In this document: positions 39,360 to 49,310 of the stretch, piece by piece | How positions within the stretch are numbered: position 1 is the first letter of the stretch | How the letters are laid out: every line of letters starts with the position of its first letter | From: Acidobacteriota bacterium | GTDB taxonomy: Bacteria; Acidobacteriota; Thermoanaerobaculia; Multivoradales; UBA5704 | DNA: 64,000 nt | Reading direction: 5' to 3' | Assembly: GCA_040005235.1 (NCBI GenBank) | Contig: JBDTZG010000018.1 | Coordinates: 1-64,000 of the forward strand | Translations under genes and position numbers: made by a program | The notes under the pieces: model-generated | What the model saw: only the letters and a program-made list of their open reading frames with translations | What the model was told of the DNA's origin: nothing | Database searches by the model: none

Positions 39360-40367
39360 TTACCAATTCGGCTCGGGTAGGCAGTAGCGCGGGATTACCT
39401 TTGCGCCGATCGAACGAATCGTGCCGGCCAGGGTGGATTCAACTCCTGCACCGAAGATCCACCCCTCTTCTTGAGCAAGGACTCTTTCATTAGGGTTAGG
39501 AATGTTCGGCACAAAGAGACTGGCGATCTGGTCCTGCTGATCGAGCTGCCGGAAGGCTTCAACCAGAGCGAATACCTGAGCTTCATCCCGGCACGCGAAG
39601 CAGGTCGGGTCTGGTATCGGACCCAGAATTCCGGGCCAGATTTCCACGTGGAGAATGTAAGGGCCGGGAGCAGATGCTGCGGGCGAAGCGAAGCCTGTCT
39701 GAAACGGCCAGACCTGACTGTGCTCGGCGAACTTCTCGACAAGCGAATGCACGACGGGAATTCCAAGCAACGCCTGGCTTCCAACGGATCCTGAGGTGAA
39801 TAGTTTCCACGCCGACTGAATGGTCGGGTTTCCGTCCTTTTGGAGTTGGATCTCGGTTCGGCGGTACTCTCCGAATCTTTGGCTTTCGGGCAGCGCCTTG
39901 AAATCGGGCTTAGTAGGAAGGAGGGAGGCACATTTCTTATCGTCTGGGCAGGACCAGAAGGGGCCTATGAACGAAGGAACGCCGATTTTTTCGTTGAGGT
40001 GAGCGGCGGCCCGAAATCGATTGTTCGCATTGGCGATGCCATTCTCATCGTCACGGATGACAGAGGCAATTTCCCTCCAGACCTGCTGCCAAGCGTCTCG
40101 ACCTTCGTCGAGTCCCAGCCATGTGGCGAATCCTCTCGGGTACGAATACGCGAAGTCGAAACCGACGAGAACCCGAAGTTTCTGGCTCACCGCGTCGGCG
40201 AGAAGGCTCTCCGCAAATTCTCGCGCCTTCGTTCGGGTTGAAAGATTGGCGGTTTGCGGTGGGCCCCCATCGGATCGTCCCCAGGCAATCCAGATGCTGT
40301 CTCTTCCTGTTTTAGGGGTGGAGCTCGCACTCCAATCGACCATCAGATAGCCATCGAAAATCGACAT
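39360..40367 (-). CDS. DUF429-like RNase H-fold putative nuclease
   Basis: VDWSAS...DSIWIA, GFDFAYSYP, R.TE, GSVGSQ, VWPF, EIWP, EEGWIFG. Confidence 0.65.
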   Translation of the reverse strand: MSIFDGYLMVDWSASSTPKTGRDSIWIAWGRSDGGPPQTANLSTRTKAREFAESLLADAVSQKLRVLVGFDFAYSYPRGFATWLGLDEGRDAWQQVWREIASVIRDDENGIANANNRFRAAAHLNEKIGVPSFIGPFWSCPDDKKCASLLPTKPDFKALPESQRFGEYRRTEIQLQKDGNPTIQSAWKLFTSGSVGSQALLGIPVVHSLVEKFAEHSQVWPFQTGFASPAASAPGPYILHVEIWPGILGPIPDPTCFACRDEAQVFALVEAFRQLDQQDQIASLFVPNIPNPNERVLAQEEGWIFGAGVESTLAGTIRSIGAKVIPRYCLPEPNW

Positions 40368-40454
40368 AACGCCCTCCCTGTGAGTCAACAAATATGCAAT
40401 GTTTCGGCCGAAGCTGTCATACAGTTGCGGTGGTCTGAGTGAGGATCTCACGAA

Positions 40455-40649
40455 ATGAGCAAGAAACGCGTCAAGACCGATACGGCGTTGAGACAAACGC
40501 CTCCGAAGAAAGCTTCCTCGGCCTTCGAGAGGCTCCAAGTTTTCGCTGGGATTGTGGATAGCGGCGGTCTCCAGCTTTCGACGGAAGCCGGGAAGCGCTT
40601 CCGCGAGATCTTGCGAAGGAAGTCAGCGGAAGAGTCCAAACGGGTCTAG
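40455..40649 (+). CDS. Small antitoxin-like protein (no adjacent toxin)
   Basis: GAGG RBS; AGIVDSGGLQLSTEAGKRFREIL resembles antitoxin C-termini. Confidence 0.45.
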   Translation: MSKKRVKTDTALRQTPPKKASSAFERLQVFAGIVDSGGLQLSTEAGKRFREILRRKSAEESKRV

Positions 40650-40669
40650 ACATCGCGGAGAAGCAACCC

Positions 40670-40951
40670 ATGGCACGAGCAACCTGGAAAGGCGCCACGA
40701 TCGCGGAGAGCGATACGTTCGAGATCGTAGAAGGTAACGTCTATTTTCCGCCCGACGCGGTGAAGGAGCGGCTTGCATCGAGCAGCACAACGACGGTCTG
40801 CGGCTGCAAGGGTACGGCGAACTACTACAATGTGGTGGTCGACGGCGAGGAGAACTGCGATGCCGCTTGGTACTACGCCGATCCGAAGCCGGAGGCGGCG
40901 AACATTCGTGGCTTTGTCGCGTTCTGGCGCGGCGTGACCGTCGAGCGGTAA
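40670..40951 (+). CDS. DUF427 family protein
   Basis: IAESD...EGNVYFPP, C..KGTANYY, AAWYY..PK. Confidence 0.9.
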   Translation: MARATWKGATIAESDTFEIVEGNVYFPPDAVKERLASSSTTTVCGCKGTANYYNVVVDGEENCDAAWYYADPKPEAANIRGFVAFWRGVTVER

Positions 40952-41012
40952 GCCCGCCGATCGGGGGAAACCTCGGGAAACTCTTCGGCAAAGTCCACAG
41001 CAGGAGGTTCAA

Positions 41013-41894
41013 ATGGAAGACCTGAAATCGAAGCCGCTCGGCTCCGTCTCGAACGATGACCTGATCGAAACTCGACGCACCCTCCATTGGGCGATGGCCG
41101 CCGCCTCGGCGCCGGGCAAGCAGCTGATCCCGGCACGGCCGGATGCTGCGGAGCAGAGCCTCGTCTGGGACAGTGGGCGCTCGGCGTTCCTTCAAGGCCA
41201 GATCGCCGGGATTCATGAAACCTTCCGCTCCGCCCTGGTGGTGGACCCGCCCGCGCTTGCCCTGTTCGACAAGGCCGGCGACGAGATCGCCTCGCATCCC
41301 CTGGCCGGGCAGACTCTCGACGAGGTGTACGCCTGGCTGACGGTCGAGGTCGAGACCCGGATCGAGCATCCGCTGGGAAAGCCGCTCGAACGCCCCCTCC
41401 CGAACCAGCCGGAAGAGACCGAGATGCCCGACGCCGGCGTGGCGCACGGCGCGCCGTTCCAGTTCAATCTCGGCGGGCCGGCCGAGCTGGCGCGCTGGTT
41501 CGCATTCGGCGCGGGTCGGTTCGAAGAGATCTTGGCGAACGACCCTCAGGCGGGGGAGATTCTGCTCTGGCCCCACCATTTCGATCTCGCGACTCTGATC
41601 ACCCTCGCTGGAGAGGGCGAGAACGCCAGCACCGTGGGCGTCGGCCTGTCGCCGGGCGATTCCACTCGGCCGCTGCCCTATTTCTACGTTAACGCCTGGC
41701 CGACCCCGAAGGAACCGGCGTTGCCTGCACTCCCTTCGGGCGGCGTCTGGAACACCGAAGGGTGGTTTGGCGCCGTGCTCGAAGGCGCGCCGCTCCTCGC
41801 GCTGGGGACGGCGGAAGAGCAAGCCGCCGCAGCGCGGGACTTCCTGGCAGTGGCTCTCGAAGCTTGCCGGAGGTTCGTGCGCGAGGCCTCCTGA
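41013..41894 (+). CDS. DUF5996-like hypothetical protein
   Basis: LWPHHFDLA, GLSPGD...PYFYV..WP. Confidence 0.7.
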   Translation: MEDLKSKPLGSVSNDDLIETRRTLHWAMAAASAPGKQLIPARPDAAEQSLVWDSGRSAFLQGQIAGIHETFRSALVVDPPALALFDKAGDEIASHPLAGQTLDEVYAWLTVEVETRIEHPLGKPLERPLPNQPEETEMPDAGVAHGAPFQFNLGGPAELARWFAFGAGRFEEILANDPQAGEILLWPHHFDLATLITLAGEGENASTVGVGLSPGDSTRPLPYFYVNAWPTPKEPALPALPSGGVWNTEGWFGAVLEGAPLLALGTAEEQAAAARDFLAVALEACRRFVREAS

Positions 41895-41943
41895 AAAAGA
41901 AAACCGCCCGCCGCGAAGACTCCCACGGCGGGCGTTTCAATTT
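41894..41943. terminator. Bidirectional intrinsic terminator
   Basis: A-tract, CGCCCGCCG/CGGCGGGCG stem, T-tract, between convergent genes. Confidence 0.7.
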
Positions 41944-41967
41944 CGCAAACCGGCCGTTTCGTGCCCC

Positions 41968-44916
41968 TCAGGGCGCCACGTTTACCGCCACGACCGGTCC
42001 AATCGCGCCGAAGAATTCCACGCACTCTTGGATCATCTCGACCTGGAAGTCGTAAGTCCCTGGCGTGGAAGGGGCAATACCGTTGATCGTCAGGGTTGCC
42101 TGCTGCCCGGGGGCGAGGGTCGTGGGGAAATCGACCCGGCCTGGGTTCCAGGCGGGGTTGCCGATTTGGGCGAGGCGGTAGGCGTTGCACTGCGCGCCGA
42201 TCGGGCTCCAGGTGAGGCCGCCGACGTTCTTGACCGTTACGGTTGCGGAGTAGGGTTGCCCCGCCGTCATGCTCGTCGGCACGGTCTGGGAGAGGATCTG
42301 CGCCTGCTTGCCGCCGCTCTCCACGTTGATTGCGAGGCTGGGGCTCGTGGCGCCGAAATACTCGACGCATTCGTGCACCATCCGCAGTTGGAAATTGAAG
42401 GTTCCCGTCGTGGAAGGGGCGGTCAAGGTGAAGCTCAACGTCGCACTTCCCCCCGCCGCGACCGGGGCGACCAGCTCGATTCGCGAGGGCTTCCAGACGG
42501 CGTCGCCGACCTGGGCTAGGCGATAGGCGTTGCACTGCGCTCCGACCGGGTTCCAACGGATTCCGCCGAGATTCTTGACCGTTGCGGTCGCTGTATATTG
42601 CTGGCCGGCGGTCATCGTCGAGGGCACGTTCAAGGCGACGAATTGCGCGTTTTTCGTGTTGTTGAGGCAGGTGCTCGGCGCGGAGTGGCACGCCTCGTTG
42701 CCGGCCGGATGGGCGACCACCTGGTAGTAGTAGGTTGCGCTGTCCGCGACCGCGCCGTCGGCGAACGAGGTCGTGCCCAGGTCGTCCGCGATCTTGGCAA
42801 ATCCCGCGTTGCAGCCGGTCTCGTTGCGAAAAACATCGTAGACCAAGCCGCCGCCCGAGTTAGGCCACGTGACCGTGGTGGTGTTATCGCCGTCGGCCAG
42901 GTCGATCGTCGGCGGTGCGGGTTGGGTGCAGCCGCGAAAGCAGACGCTGGCTCCCGGGTCGGTCGCGCAGGCAATGCCGTGTCGGTCGAAGGCCGCGAAC
43001 AGCTGGCACGAGTGAGGGGTGCCGTTGGCAAGGTTTCCGTCGTCGTCGTCCATCGCCCGCATGGTTTTCCACCAGGATCCGATGTTGCACCCGTTCGAGG
43101 TGTAGGTCGGACCGGTGACGCAGGTGAAAGCGTTGGTGGCCGTCGAACGTGACAGGTACCAGAGCCTTTCGAGGACGTTCCAGGAGCCGCTGCCGCCCGG
43201 TTTCGGCAGATCGCGGTTGGCGAAGTCCCACACCGCCTCGGTGGGGACGTTCGCTTCACAGTGAGGCTCGCCGCCGCAGGGTCCGTTCCCGGTGGTGCCG
43301 CAGCGGAGCTGGGTGTAGTTGGCGACGGTATGGGGCACCGCCGAGGCATGCCGGCCCCAGTCGATATCGCGCAGCCCCGTGCAGGACGTGCATGGATCGC
43401 CGTACGAGTCGCAGTTGGCCGGGCGAAATCCCGGGCCGACGCAGGAGTTGTGCAGCGTGAGGGCGGCGATCACGTCGGCATAGGCCTCGGTGTTTGCCGT
43501 GTCCAGGCCTGCGCCGTCGTTCTGATCGACGCCGTGGCCGAGCTCGTGAAGGATGAACCCGGGCTCCTCTCCGCTCGCGCCGCAAGAGCCCGCGAGTCCT
43601 TCGTAGAGCAGAATCCGGCTGCCGTTCCAGAAACCGTTACAGGCGCCGCTGTTGTTGACCGAGACGACCACCTGGCTGTTGAGCCAGGGATTGCCGGGCA
43701 GCCAGCCACGGACGATGTCCTTGCCTCGGTTGACGTGGTAGAAGCTGGTCCGCGCGGCCCGAGTGTTGCCCGTTCCGCCGAAGCCCGGCGTCGCGCAGTT
43801 GCCATCGGTCGTCGTGCCGAAGGGAAGGTCGCCTGCGGGGTTCGAGTTGAGCAAGATTCCGCCGCACGTTTCGGCGATGCCTACGAACAGGCCGTTGAAC
43901 GTCGAGCTGACCGGCGATCCGCTATAGGTGTAGGTACCGGCCGAGTTCGCGCTCTGGCCGCCGCCGAGATCGATGAAAGGCATCGGCCGGAGGATTTCCG
44001 CTCCGGCGCCCGAATCGGGAGCCACGCCGCCGGTCGCCCCGGCGTCGAGATCGGTGTTGAGGAATTCGACGATCTCCCCTGTCGTGGCGTCGATCCGAGC
44101 GCGCCAGGTGCCGATCACCCCTTTGCGGCGAAACGAGATCTGCCAGACCGTCTCCAGGCCGTACCCTCGGGCGAAGTCGAAGCCTTCGGCGAAACGGTCG
44201 TCGCGCACCGCGATCGGCAGCAGATGGAGCGAGCCGCGATCGACCAAGCGATCGACCGCCGCGTCGAACTTGCCGACATAGGCCGAGAGCTTGGCGTAGG
44301 CTTGAGCGCGAGTCACCCGGACCGGCGGTGCCTCGGCAAGGGCCGACGGCAGCCGTTCGCTGCCCATCTGGATCAGGTTGCCGTGGCCGACGCGAAAGAC
44401 GATTCGCGCCCCTTCGACGGCGAGGTCGCCTCGCATCACGTCGAAATCGATCTGTGTTAGTGAATCCGAAGCCGGTCCGGAGCGACCGGGGTTGAGACGA
44501 AGGTCCTTTCCGTCGGTCCCGAAAAGGCCCGGATGATCGGCGAGGAATCGGCGTGCGACACCTTCGAGGCTCGGCAAATCTGCGGTTTTTCCCACTCCGC
44601 GAGCCCAGGGGATGCCCGCCCCCTCGGCCGACTCGACGAAACCGTTGTGGGCATCGAGGTAGGCGTTCCAATCTCCGTGGTCGAGCTGGAACGCGTTCCA
44701 GGCGCGATCGAGATTGGAGGAGAGGGCGGCGCGTCGATCGGCGAGCGGCACGAGCGACTCGCGAGGCTCGAAACGTTGGTCTCCGCGCGCGAGCGCAACG
44801 AAAGGGCTGTTCGGTTCGAGTGGCGCCTGCGCGAGCGTCGCGCCGGAGAATGCGAGCCCGATCATTCCCAGCACGAACGGGCGAAAGTGGGAAAAGGCAC
44901 CGAGCCGGGGTCGCAT
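41968..44916 (-). CDS. Secreted M4/M36-like zinc metallopeptidase with FN3-like and two NBR1-like Ig domains
   Basis: Signal peptide, propeptide (IDATTGE), NGFWNG, HELGH...EAYAD, two repeated VPxxMTAGQ...MxxECVExFG domains. Confidence 0.8.
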   Translation of the reverse strand: MRPRLGAFSHFRPFVLGMIGLAFSGATLAQAPLEPNSPFVALARGDQRFEPRESLVPLADRRAALSSNLDRAWNAFQLDHGDWNAYLDAHNGFVESAEGAGIPWARGVGKTADLPSLEGVARRFLADHPGLFGTDGKDLRLNPGRSGPASDSLTQIDFDVMRGDLAVEGARIVFRVGHGNLIQMGSERLPSALAEAPPVRVTRAQAYAKLSAYVGKFDAAVDRLVDRGSLHLLPIAVRDDRFAEGFDFARGYGLETVWQISFRRKGVIGTWRARIDATTGEIVEFLNTDLDAGATGGVAPDSGAGAEILRPMPFIDLGGGQSANSAGTYTYSGSPVSSTFNGLFVGIAETCGGILLNSNPAGDLPFGTTTDGNCATPGFGGTGNTRAARTSFYHVNRGKDIVRGWLPGNPWLNSQVVVSVNNSGACNGFWNGSRILLYEGLAGSCGASGEEPGFILHELGHGVDQNDGAGLDTANTEAYADVIAALTLHNSCVGPGFRPANCDSYGDPCTSCTGLRDIDWGRHASAVPHTVANYTQLRCGTTGNGPCGGEPHCEANVPTEAVWDFANRDLPKPGGSGSWNVLERLWYLSRSTATNAFTCVTGPTYTSNGCNIGSWWKTMRAMDDDDGNLANGTPHSCQLFAAFDRHGIACATDPGASVCFRGCTQPAPPTIDLADGDNTTTVTWPNSGGGLVYDVFRNETGCNAGFAKIADDLGTTSFADGAVADSATYYYQVVAHPAGNEACHSAPSTCLNNTKNAQFVALNVPSTMTAGQQYTATATVKNLGGIRWNPVGAQCNAYRLAQVGDAVWKPSRIELVAPVAAGGSATLSFTLTAPSTTGTFNFQLRMVHECVEYFGATSPSLAINVESGGKQAQILSQTVPTSMTAGQPYSATVTVKNVGGLTWSPIGAQCNAYRLAQIGNPAWNPGRVDFPTTLAPGQQATLTINGIAPSTPGTYDFQVEMIQECVEFFGAIGPVVAVNVAP

Positions 44917-45097
44917 GAGTCTCTCCGTGGTGTCCGGTACTCAGCCGAAGCCGACCGTGACAAAAGCCCATTTGTGCAAGACGAAGACCAGACCCGGAGG
45001 AGGACGTAGGCCCTGGGAACTTCGCTTCTATGGAAGGTGAGTCGGCAAGAAGTGCCGATTTGATATTCAGTAGCGGGCCGAACCCCGGCCAGATGTT

Positions 45098-46708
45098 TCA
45101 GTCCGCCACGACCACCCGGTCCCGCCCTTCCTGCTTTGCGCGGTATAGCGCGCGATCGGCGGCGGCGACCCATGGAGCGGGCGAGGGCTCTCCCGCGGGG
45201 ATTACGCTCGCGACCCCCACCGAAAGGGTGACCATCGGCTTGACCGTCGAGCTGGGATGGTCGATCGCGAGCCCGGCGAGCCGCTCGCGGGCCTGCTCGG
45301 CGAGCAGCGCGGCTCCGGCGAGGTTGGTGCCGCTCAAGATCACCAGGAACTCCTCGCCGCCGTAGCGGGCGACCAGGTCGCCCGGGCGCTGCACCGAGTC
45401 GCGGAGGACGCCCGCGATGCGTTGGAGACACCGGTCGCCCGCGATGTGCCCCAGGCTGTCGTTGTAGGCCTTGAAGCAATCGACATCGCAGAGGAGCAGC
45501 GACAGCGGCTCCCCGGTCCGGGCGAGCCGGCGCCATTCGAGGTCGAGCGCCTCTTCGAGCCGGCGGCGGTTCGCGACTCCGGTGAGCGGATCGATTTGCG
45601 ATATCTGTTGGAGCGTTCGATTGGCGCTCTGCAGATGCCGGTTGGCCTCTTCGAGCTGGCTCTTGGTCACCGAGATCTGCTCGTTCAGCAGCGCCATCTC
45701 GATCGCCCCGGCCACCTGGTCCGCGACCAGATCGAGCAGGCGCTGGTTTTCGACCGAAAACGCCTCCGGATCGTCGTTTTCAAGGTTGAAGGCGCCGAGC
45801 GTGCGGTCGCCGAAGCGGATCGGCGAGACGTATTCGGCTTTGACGTCGAAGGAGACCGCCCGATAGTCGGGATCGTCCGCGACATCGCGCACCAGCTGGG
45901 GCCGGCCGAGCCGGATCGCGCGGCCGACGATCCCGGCGTCGATCGCCCAGGTTTCGCGATCCGAAACGTCGATCGGCGTGCGCGTCGCCACCGCGTGGTA
46001 CGACCATTCCACCTCGGACGCCGCAGCGACCACGATGTCGACCAGCAGGAAATCGAAGCGGCGCTGAATGTAGGTCGCAATGCGGTGGAGGATGGTGCGC
46101 AGGTCGGCGCCGCCGAGCGCGGCGCGCGAGACCTCGGTCAGTACCTCGAAATGGAGCGCCCGTTGGCGGGTCGCCTCGAACAGGCGCGCGCTCGCGATGG
46201 CGCCGGAGATCTGATCGGCGATCGCCTCAACGGTCGGCAGGTGCCGGGAAAAGGCGGCCGGCCGCGGGCTTTCCAGGTTGAGCACAGCGACCACCACGCC
46301 GCGATGGCGGATCGGCGCGCACAGCTCCGAGCGGGTCCCGGGGAAGATCTCGACGAAGTCGGGGTGTTCGGCGGAGTCGTCGATCAACAGGGTGCGGCCG
46401 GTCACCGCGACCTCGCCCACCACGCCGCTGCCGAAGGGCCGGCCGTAGCCGGGGCGGACGTCGGTCGCCACCGAGCTGGTGATCGCCTCGCAGACGAAGC
46501 CTTGGCGCTCCTGATCGAGGCTGATCAGGGCGACCAGCTCCCAGCCGAACGCCGCGGCGAGCGCGTCGGTCACCCGCTGGAGCATCGGGCGCAGCTCCAG
46601 ATCCTCGGTCGCGATCCGTGCGATCGCGGCCAGCGCGGCCAGCTCGCGATCGACCGTCGGCGCGGGGGGAGGACCGCCTCCCCGACTTCTGCCCCGTTTT
46701 TCCGGCAT
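45098..46708 (-). CDS. GAF-GAF-GGDEF diguanylate cyclase
   Basis: Two GAF domains, DPLTG, RPGD I-site, GGEEF. Confidence 0.92.
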   Translation of the reverse strand: MPEKRGRSRGGGPPPAPTVDRELAALAAIARIATEDLELRPMLQRVTDALAAAFGWELVALISLDQERQGFVCEAITSSVATDVRPGYGRPFGSGVVGEVAVTGRTLLIDDSAEHPDFVEIFPGTRSELCAPIRHRGVVVAVLNLESPRPAAFSRHLPTVEAIADQISGAIASARLFEATRQRALHFEVLTEVSRAALGGADLRTILHRIATYIQRRFDFLLVDIVVAAASEVEWSYHAVATRTPIDVSDRETWAIDAGIVGRAIRLGRPQLVRDVADDPDYRAVSFDVKAEYVSPIRFGDRTLGAFNLENDDPEAFSVENQRLLDLVADQVAGAIEMALLNEQISVTKSQLEEANRHLQSANRTLQQISQIDPLTGVANRRRLEEALDLEWRRLARTGEPLSLLLCDVDCFKAYNDSLGHIAGDRCLQRIAGVLRDSVQRPGDLVARYGGEEFLVILSGTNLAGAALLAEQARERLAGLAIDHPSSTVKPMVTLSVGVASVIPAGEPSPAPWVAAADRALYRAKQEGRDRVVVAD

Positions 46709-46826
46709 GTCTCGATCTTACCCGGGGTGGAAGGCGAAGGGGAGGGGCATGCCGGCCGCGAAAAAGTACGCCCCGACCTCTGCCATACTTTCGGCCTCGA
46801 CTTTCTTTGCTCCCGAAAGGACCGCC

Positions 46827-47993
46827 ATGAGCTCTACCGAACCCGCAAATCCAGCCGACTCTTCGAGATCGGAACGCTGGTACGACCTTGGGCCGGTCGA
46901 GGAGCTGAAATCCAAACCGCTCCAGCAGATCGTGATCGGCCGGACCAAGATCGCCCTGTCGTTTCAAAACGGCGCGTTCGGGGCGGTCTCGGGCGCCTGC
47001 AATCACGTCGGCGGGCCGCTCGGCGAAGGGCATCTGGATGGCGAATATGTCGTCTGCCCGTGGCACCACTGGAAATTCCATCGAACGACCGGCGAAGGGG
47101 AGCCGGGGTTCGAGTCCGATTGCGTGCCGCGCTACTCGCTCCGCGAAGAGGAGGGCCGCCTCTGGGTCGACCTGCAACCCGCGACGAGGCGGCACAAGGC
47201 GGCGCACGATCCACATCCCCTCACCCGGCCGGTCGAGCGCGAGGTCGGGCCGATCCGCGTGCTCGGTATCGCGACGACCGTGATGGACAACGCCTATCCC
47301 CGCTACTCGACTTCGGACGAGCTGCTCGAAACGGCGCTCCATCACGCCGGGTCCCACGGCGCGGTCACCCGTTTGATCCGCCTGCGCGAGCTGGAGTTCC
47401 GGGCCTGCGAGGGGTACTACTCGAAAAGCTCCCACGCCTGCACCTGGCCCTGTTCGATTACCCAGATGGACCCGGAAGACCAGCTCGACCAGGTCTACGA
47501 GGGGCTCGTCCATTGGGCCGACGTGGTGCTCGTCTCCACCCCGATCCGCTGGGGCTCGGCCAGCTCGCTCTATTACAAGATGGTCGAGCGGATGAACTGT
47601 GTGCAAAACCAGGTGACGCTGTCGAACCGGGTGCTGCTGCGCAACAAGGTCGCGGGCTTCATCATCACCGGCGGCCAGGACAACATCCAGGCGGTCGCCG
47701 GCCAAATGCTCGGTTTCTTCGCCGAGATCGGCTGCGTCTTCCCGCAGTTTCCCTACATTGCCCACTCGCGCGGCTGGACCGCCGAGGACATGGAAAAGAA
47801 CGTCGCCTTCGTCAAGAAAAGCACGGAGCTGCACGACGCCGCGCGCGAGCTGGCCGAACGCTCGCTCTCCATGGCCGAAGCCCTGGTCACCCACACGATC
47901 GAAGGCGACCACATGGTGCGCGCCGGACGGAAAGGGTTCTCGCGCGAAGGAATCGAGACGCCCGTAGCGATCGCGGCCGCGGCGGAAAGCTGA
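46827..47993 (+). CDS. Rieske [2Fe-2S] plus flavodoxin-like (NADPH-dependent FMN reductase) fusion
   Basis: CNH...CPWH; C-terminal STPIRWG flavodoxin fold. Confidence 0.85.
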   Translation: MSSTEPANPADSSRSERWYDLGPVEELKSKPLQQIVIGRTKIALSFQNGAFGAVSGACNHVGGPLGEGHLDGEYVVCPWHHWKFHRTTGEGEPGFESDCVPRYSLREEEGRLWVDLQPATRRHKAAHDPHPLTRPVEREVGPIRVLGIATTVMDNAYPRYSTSDELLETALHHAGSHGAVTRLIRLRELEFRACEGYYSKSSHACTWPCSITQMDPEDQLDQVYEGLVHWADVVLVSTPIRWGSASSLYYKMVERMNCVQNQVTLSNRVLLRNKVAGFIITGGQDNIQAVAGQMLGFFAEIGCVFPQFPYIAHSRGWTAEDMEKNVAFVKKSTELHDAARELAERSLSMAEALVTHTIEGDHMVRAGRKGFSREGIETPVAIAAAAES

Positions 47994-47995
47994 GC

Positions 47996-49249
47996 ATGCG
48001 GCGCTTCGCCCTCGCGGCCTCTCTGCTGCTCGCGGGTTGTTTTGAGGGAACCGCGCTTGGCGCTCAGGCGCCGCGTCGGCCGTTCCCGCAACACACGGCG
48101 TATGCCGCGGGATCGATCCTTCCCGGCAATCATTCGCGGTCGGAGCTGGATGCGGCGGCCTTGGCGTTTTATCGGCTATGGAAGGCGCGTTACCTCGTTG
48201 CCGGCTGCGGCGCGGGGCGCTATTACGTGGCGGTCAACGCCGACGGCAAATTTCCCGACCCGGAGGTGCTCTCGATCTCCGAAGGGCACGGCTACGGCAT
48301 GCTGCTCACCGCGGCCTTCGCCGGAGCCGACCCGGACGCCAAGGCGATCTTCGACGGCCTCTATCGCTATTTCCGCGACCATCCGAGCGACCGAAATCCC
48401 AACGTGATGGCCTGGAAGCAGCTAGCCGATTGCGAGGACGCCCCGGACGGCCAAGACACGGCGACCGACGGCGATCTCGACGTTGGCTACGCCCTTCTGC
48501 TCGCCGACCGGCAGTGGGGAAGCGCCGGGCCGATCAACTATCTGGCCGAAGCGCGAAAGGTGATCCGGGCGATCCGCGCCGTCGAGCTCCATCCGGCCGA
48601 CGCGACGATCCAGCTCGGCAGTTGGGTCTCGACCGATCAACCGCGCCATTTCAACTCGACCCGCACGTCGGACTTTCTGCCCGGCCATTTCAAGGCGTTC
48701 CGTTTCGCCACGGGAGACGCCCGTTGGGCGACCGCCGCCAATCGCGTCTACGCCCTGGTGCAGCGGATGCAGTCGGTTTACTCGCGCGGAACCGGCCTGC
48801 TCCCCGACTTCATCGAGCGAACGAACGCCGCGCCCCGTCCGGCGAGCCCCGGCTTCCTCGAAGGCCCGAACGACGGCGCCTACTACTACAACGCCTGCCG
48901 AGACCCCTGGCGCCTCGGCCTCGACGCCCTGCTCTCAGGAGACACCCGTGGCCGCACGGCGGTCCGGAAGATCTCCGCCTTCCTCCGCACCCACGCCGCG
49001 GGCGACCCCGAACGGCTGCGCGCCGGTTTCCGCCTCGACGGCAGCGATCTGCCCGGCAACGACTACACCGACCTCTCCTTCCTCGCCCCGGCCACCGTCG
49101 GCGCCCTGCTCGAACCCGAGCACCCAGAATGGCTCGAAGGTCTCTGGGACGAGGTCGTCGGCACCCCGATCGACGAAGCGGATTACTACGGCAACACGCT
49201 CAAAGCGCTCGCCCTGCTCGCCGTTTCGGGCAACGCGTGGCGGCCGTAG
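47996..49249 (+). CDS. Glycoside hydrolase family 8 (chitosanase/glucanase-like)
   Basis: SEGHGYGM, ATDGDLD, YNACR.PWR, YYGNTL; N-terminal LLAGC. Confidence 0.9.
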   Translation: MRRFALAASLLLAGCFEGTALGAQAPRRPFPQHTAYAAGSILPGNHSRSELDAAALAFYRLWKARYLVAGCGAGRYYVAVNADGKFPDPEVLSISEGHGYGMLLTAAFAGADPDAKAIFDGLYRYFRDHPSDRNPNVMAWKQLADCEDAPDGQDTATDGDLDVGYALLLADRQWGSAGPINYLAEARKVIRAIRAVELHPADATIQLGSWVSTDQPRHFNSTRTSDFLPGHFKAFRFATGDARWATAANRVYALVQRMQSVYSRGTGLLPDFIERTNAAPRPASPGFLEGPNDGAYYYNACRDPWRLGLDALLSGDTRGRTAVRKISAFLRTHAAGDPERLRAGFRLDGSDLPGNDYTDLSFLAPATVGALLEPEHPEWLEGLWDEVVGTPIDEADYYGNTLKALALLAVSGNAWRP

Positions 49250-49310
49250 CGCGGGGGCAAAATCAAAATCCCCGCCGCTCAATGGATCGAGATCACGGAG
49301 ACGCGGCCCT

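Noticed and set aside
41968-42650. Two similar ~320-bp segments in the peptidase gene
   Set aside because: Explained by tandem duplicated Ig-like protein domains.
45257-47995. N-terminal 913 aa of the 1330-aa ORF
   Set aside because: Shadow frame over the diguanylate cyclase and Rieske genes; the real GH8 gene starts at ATG 47996.
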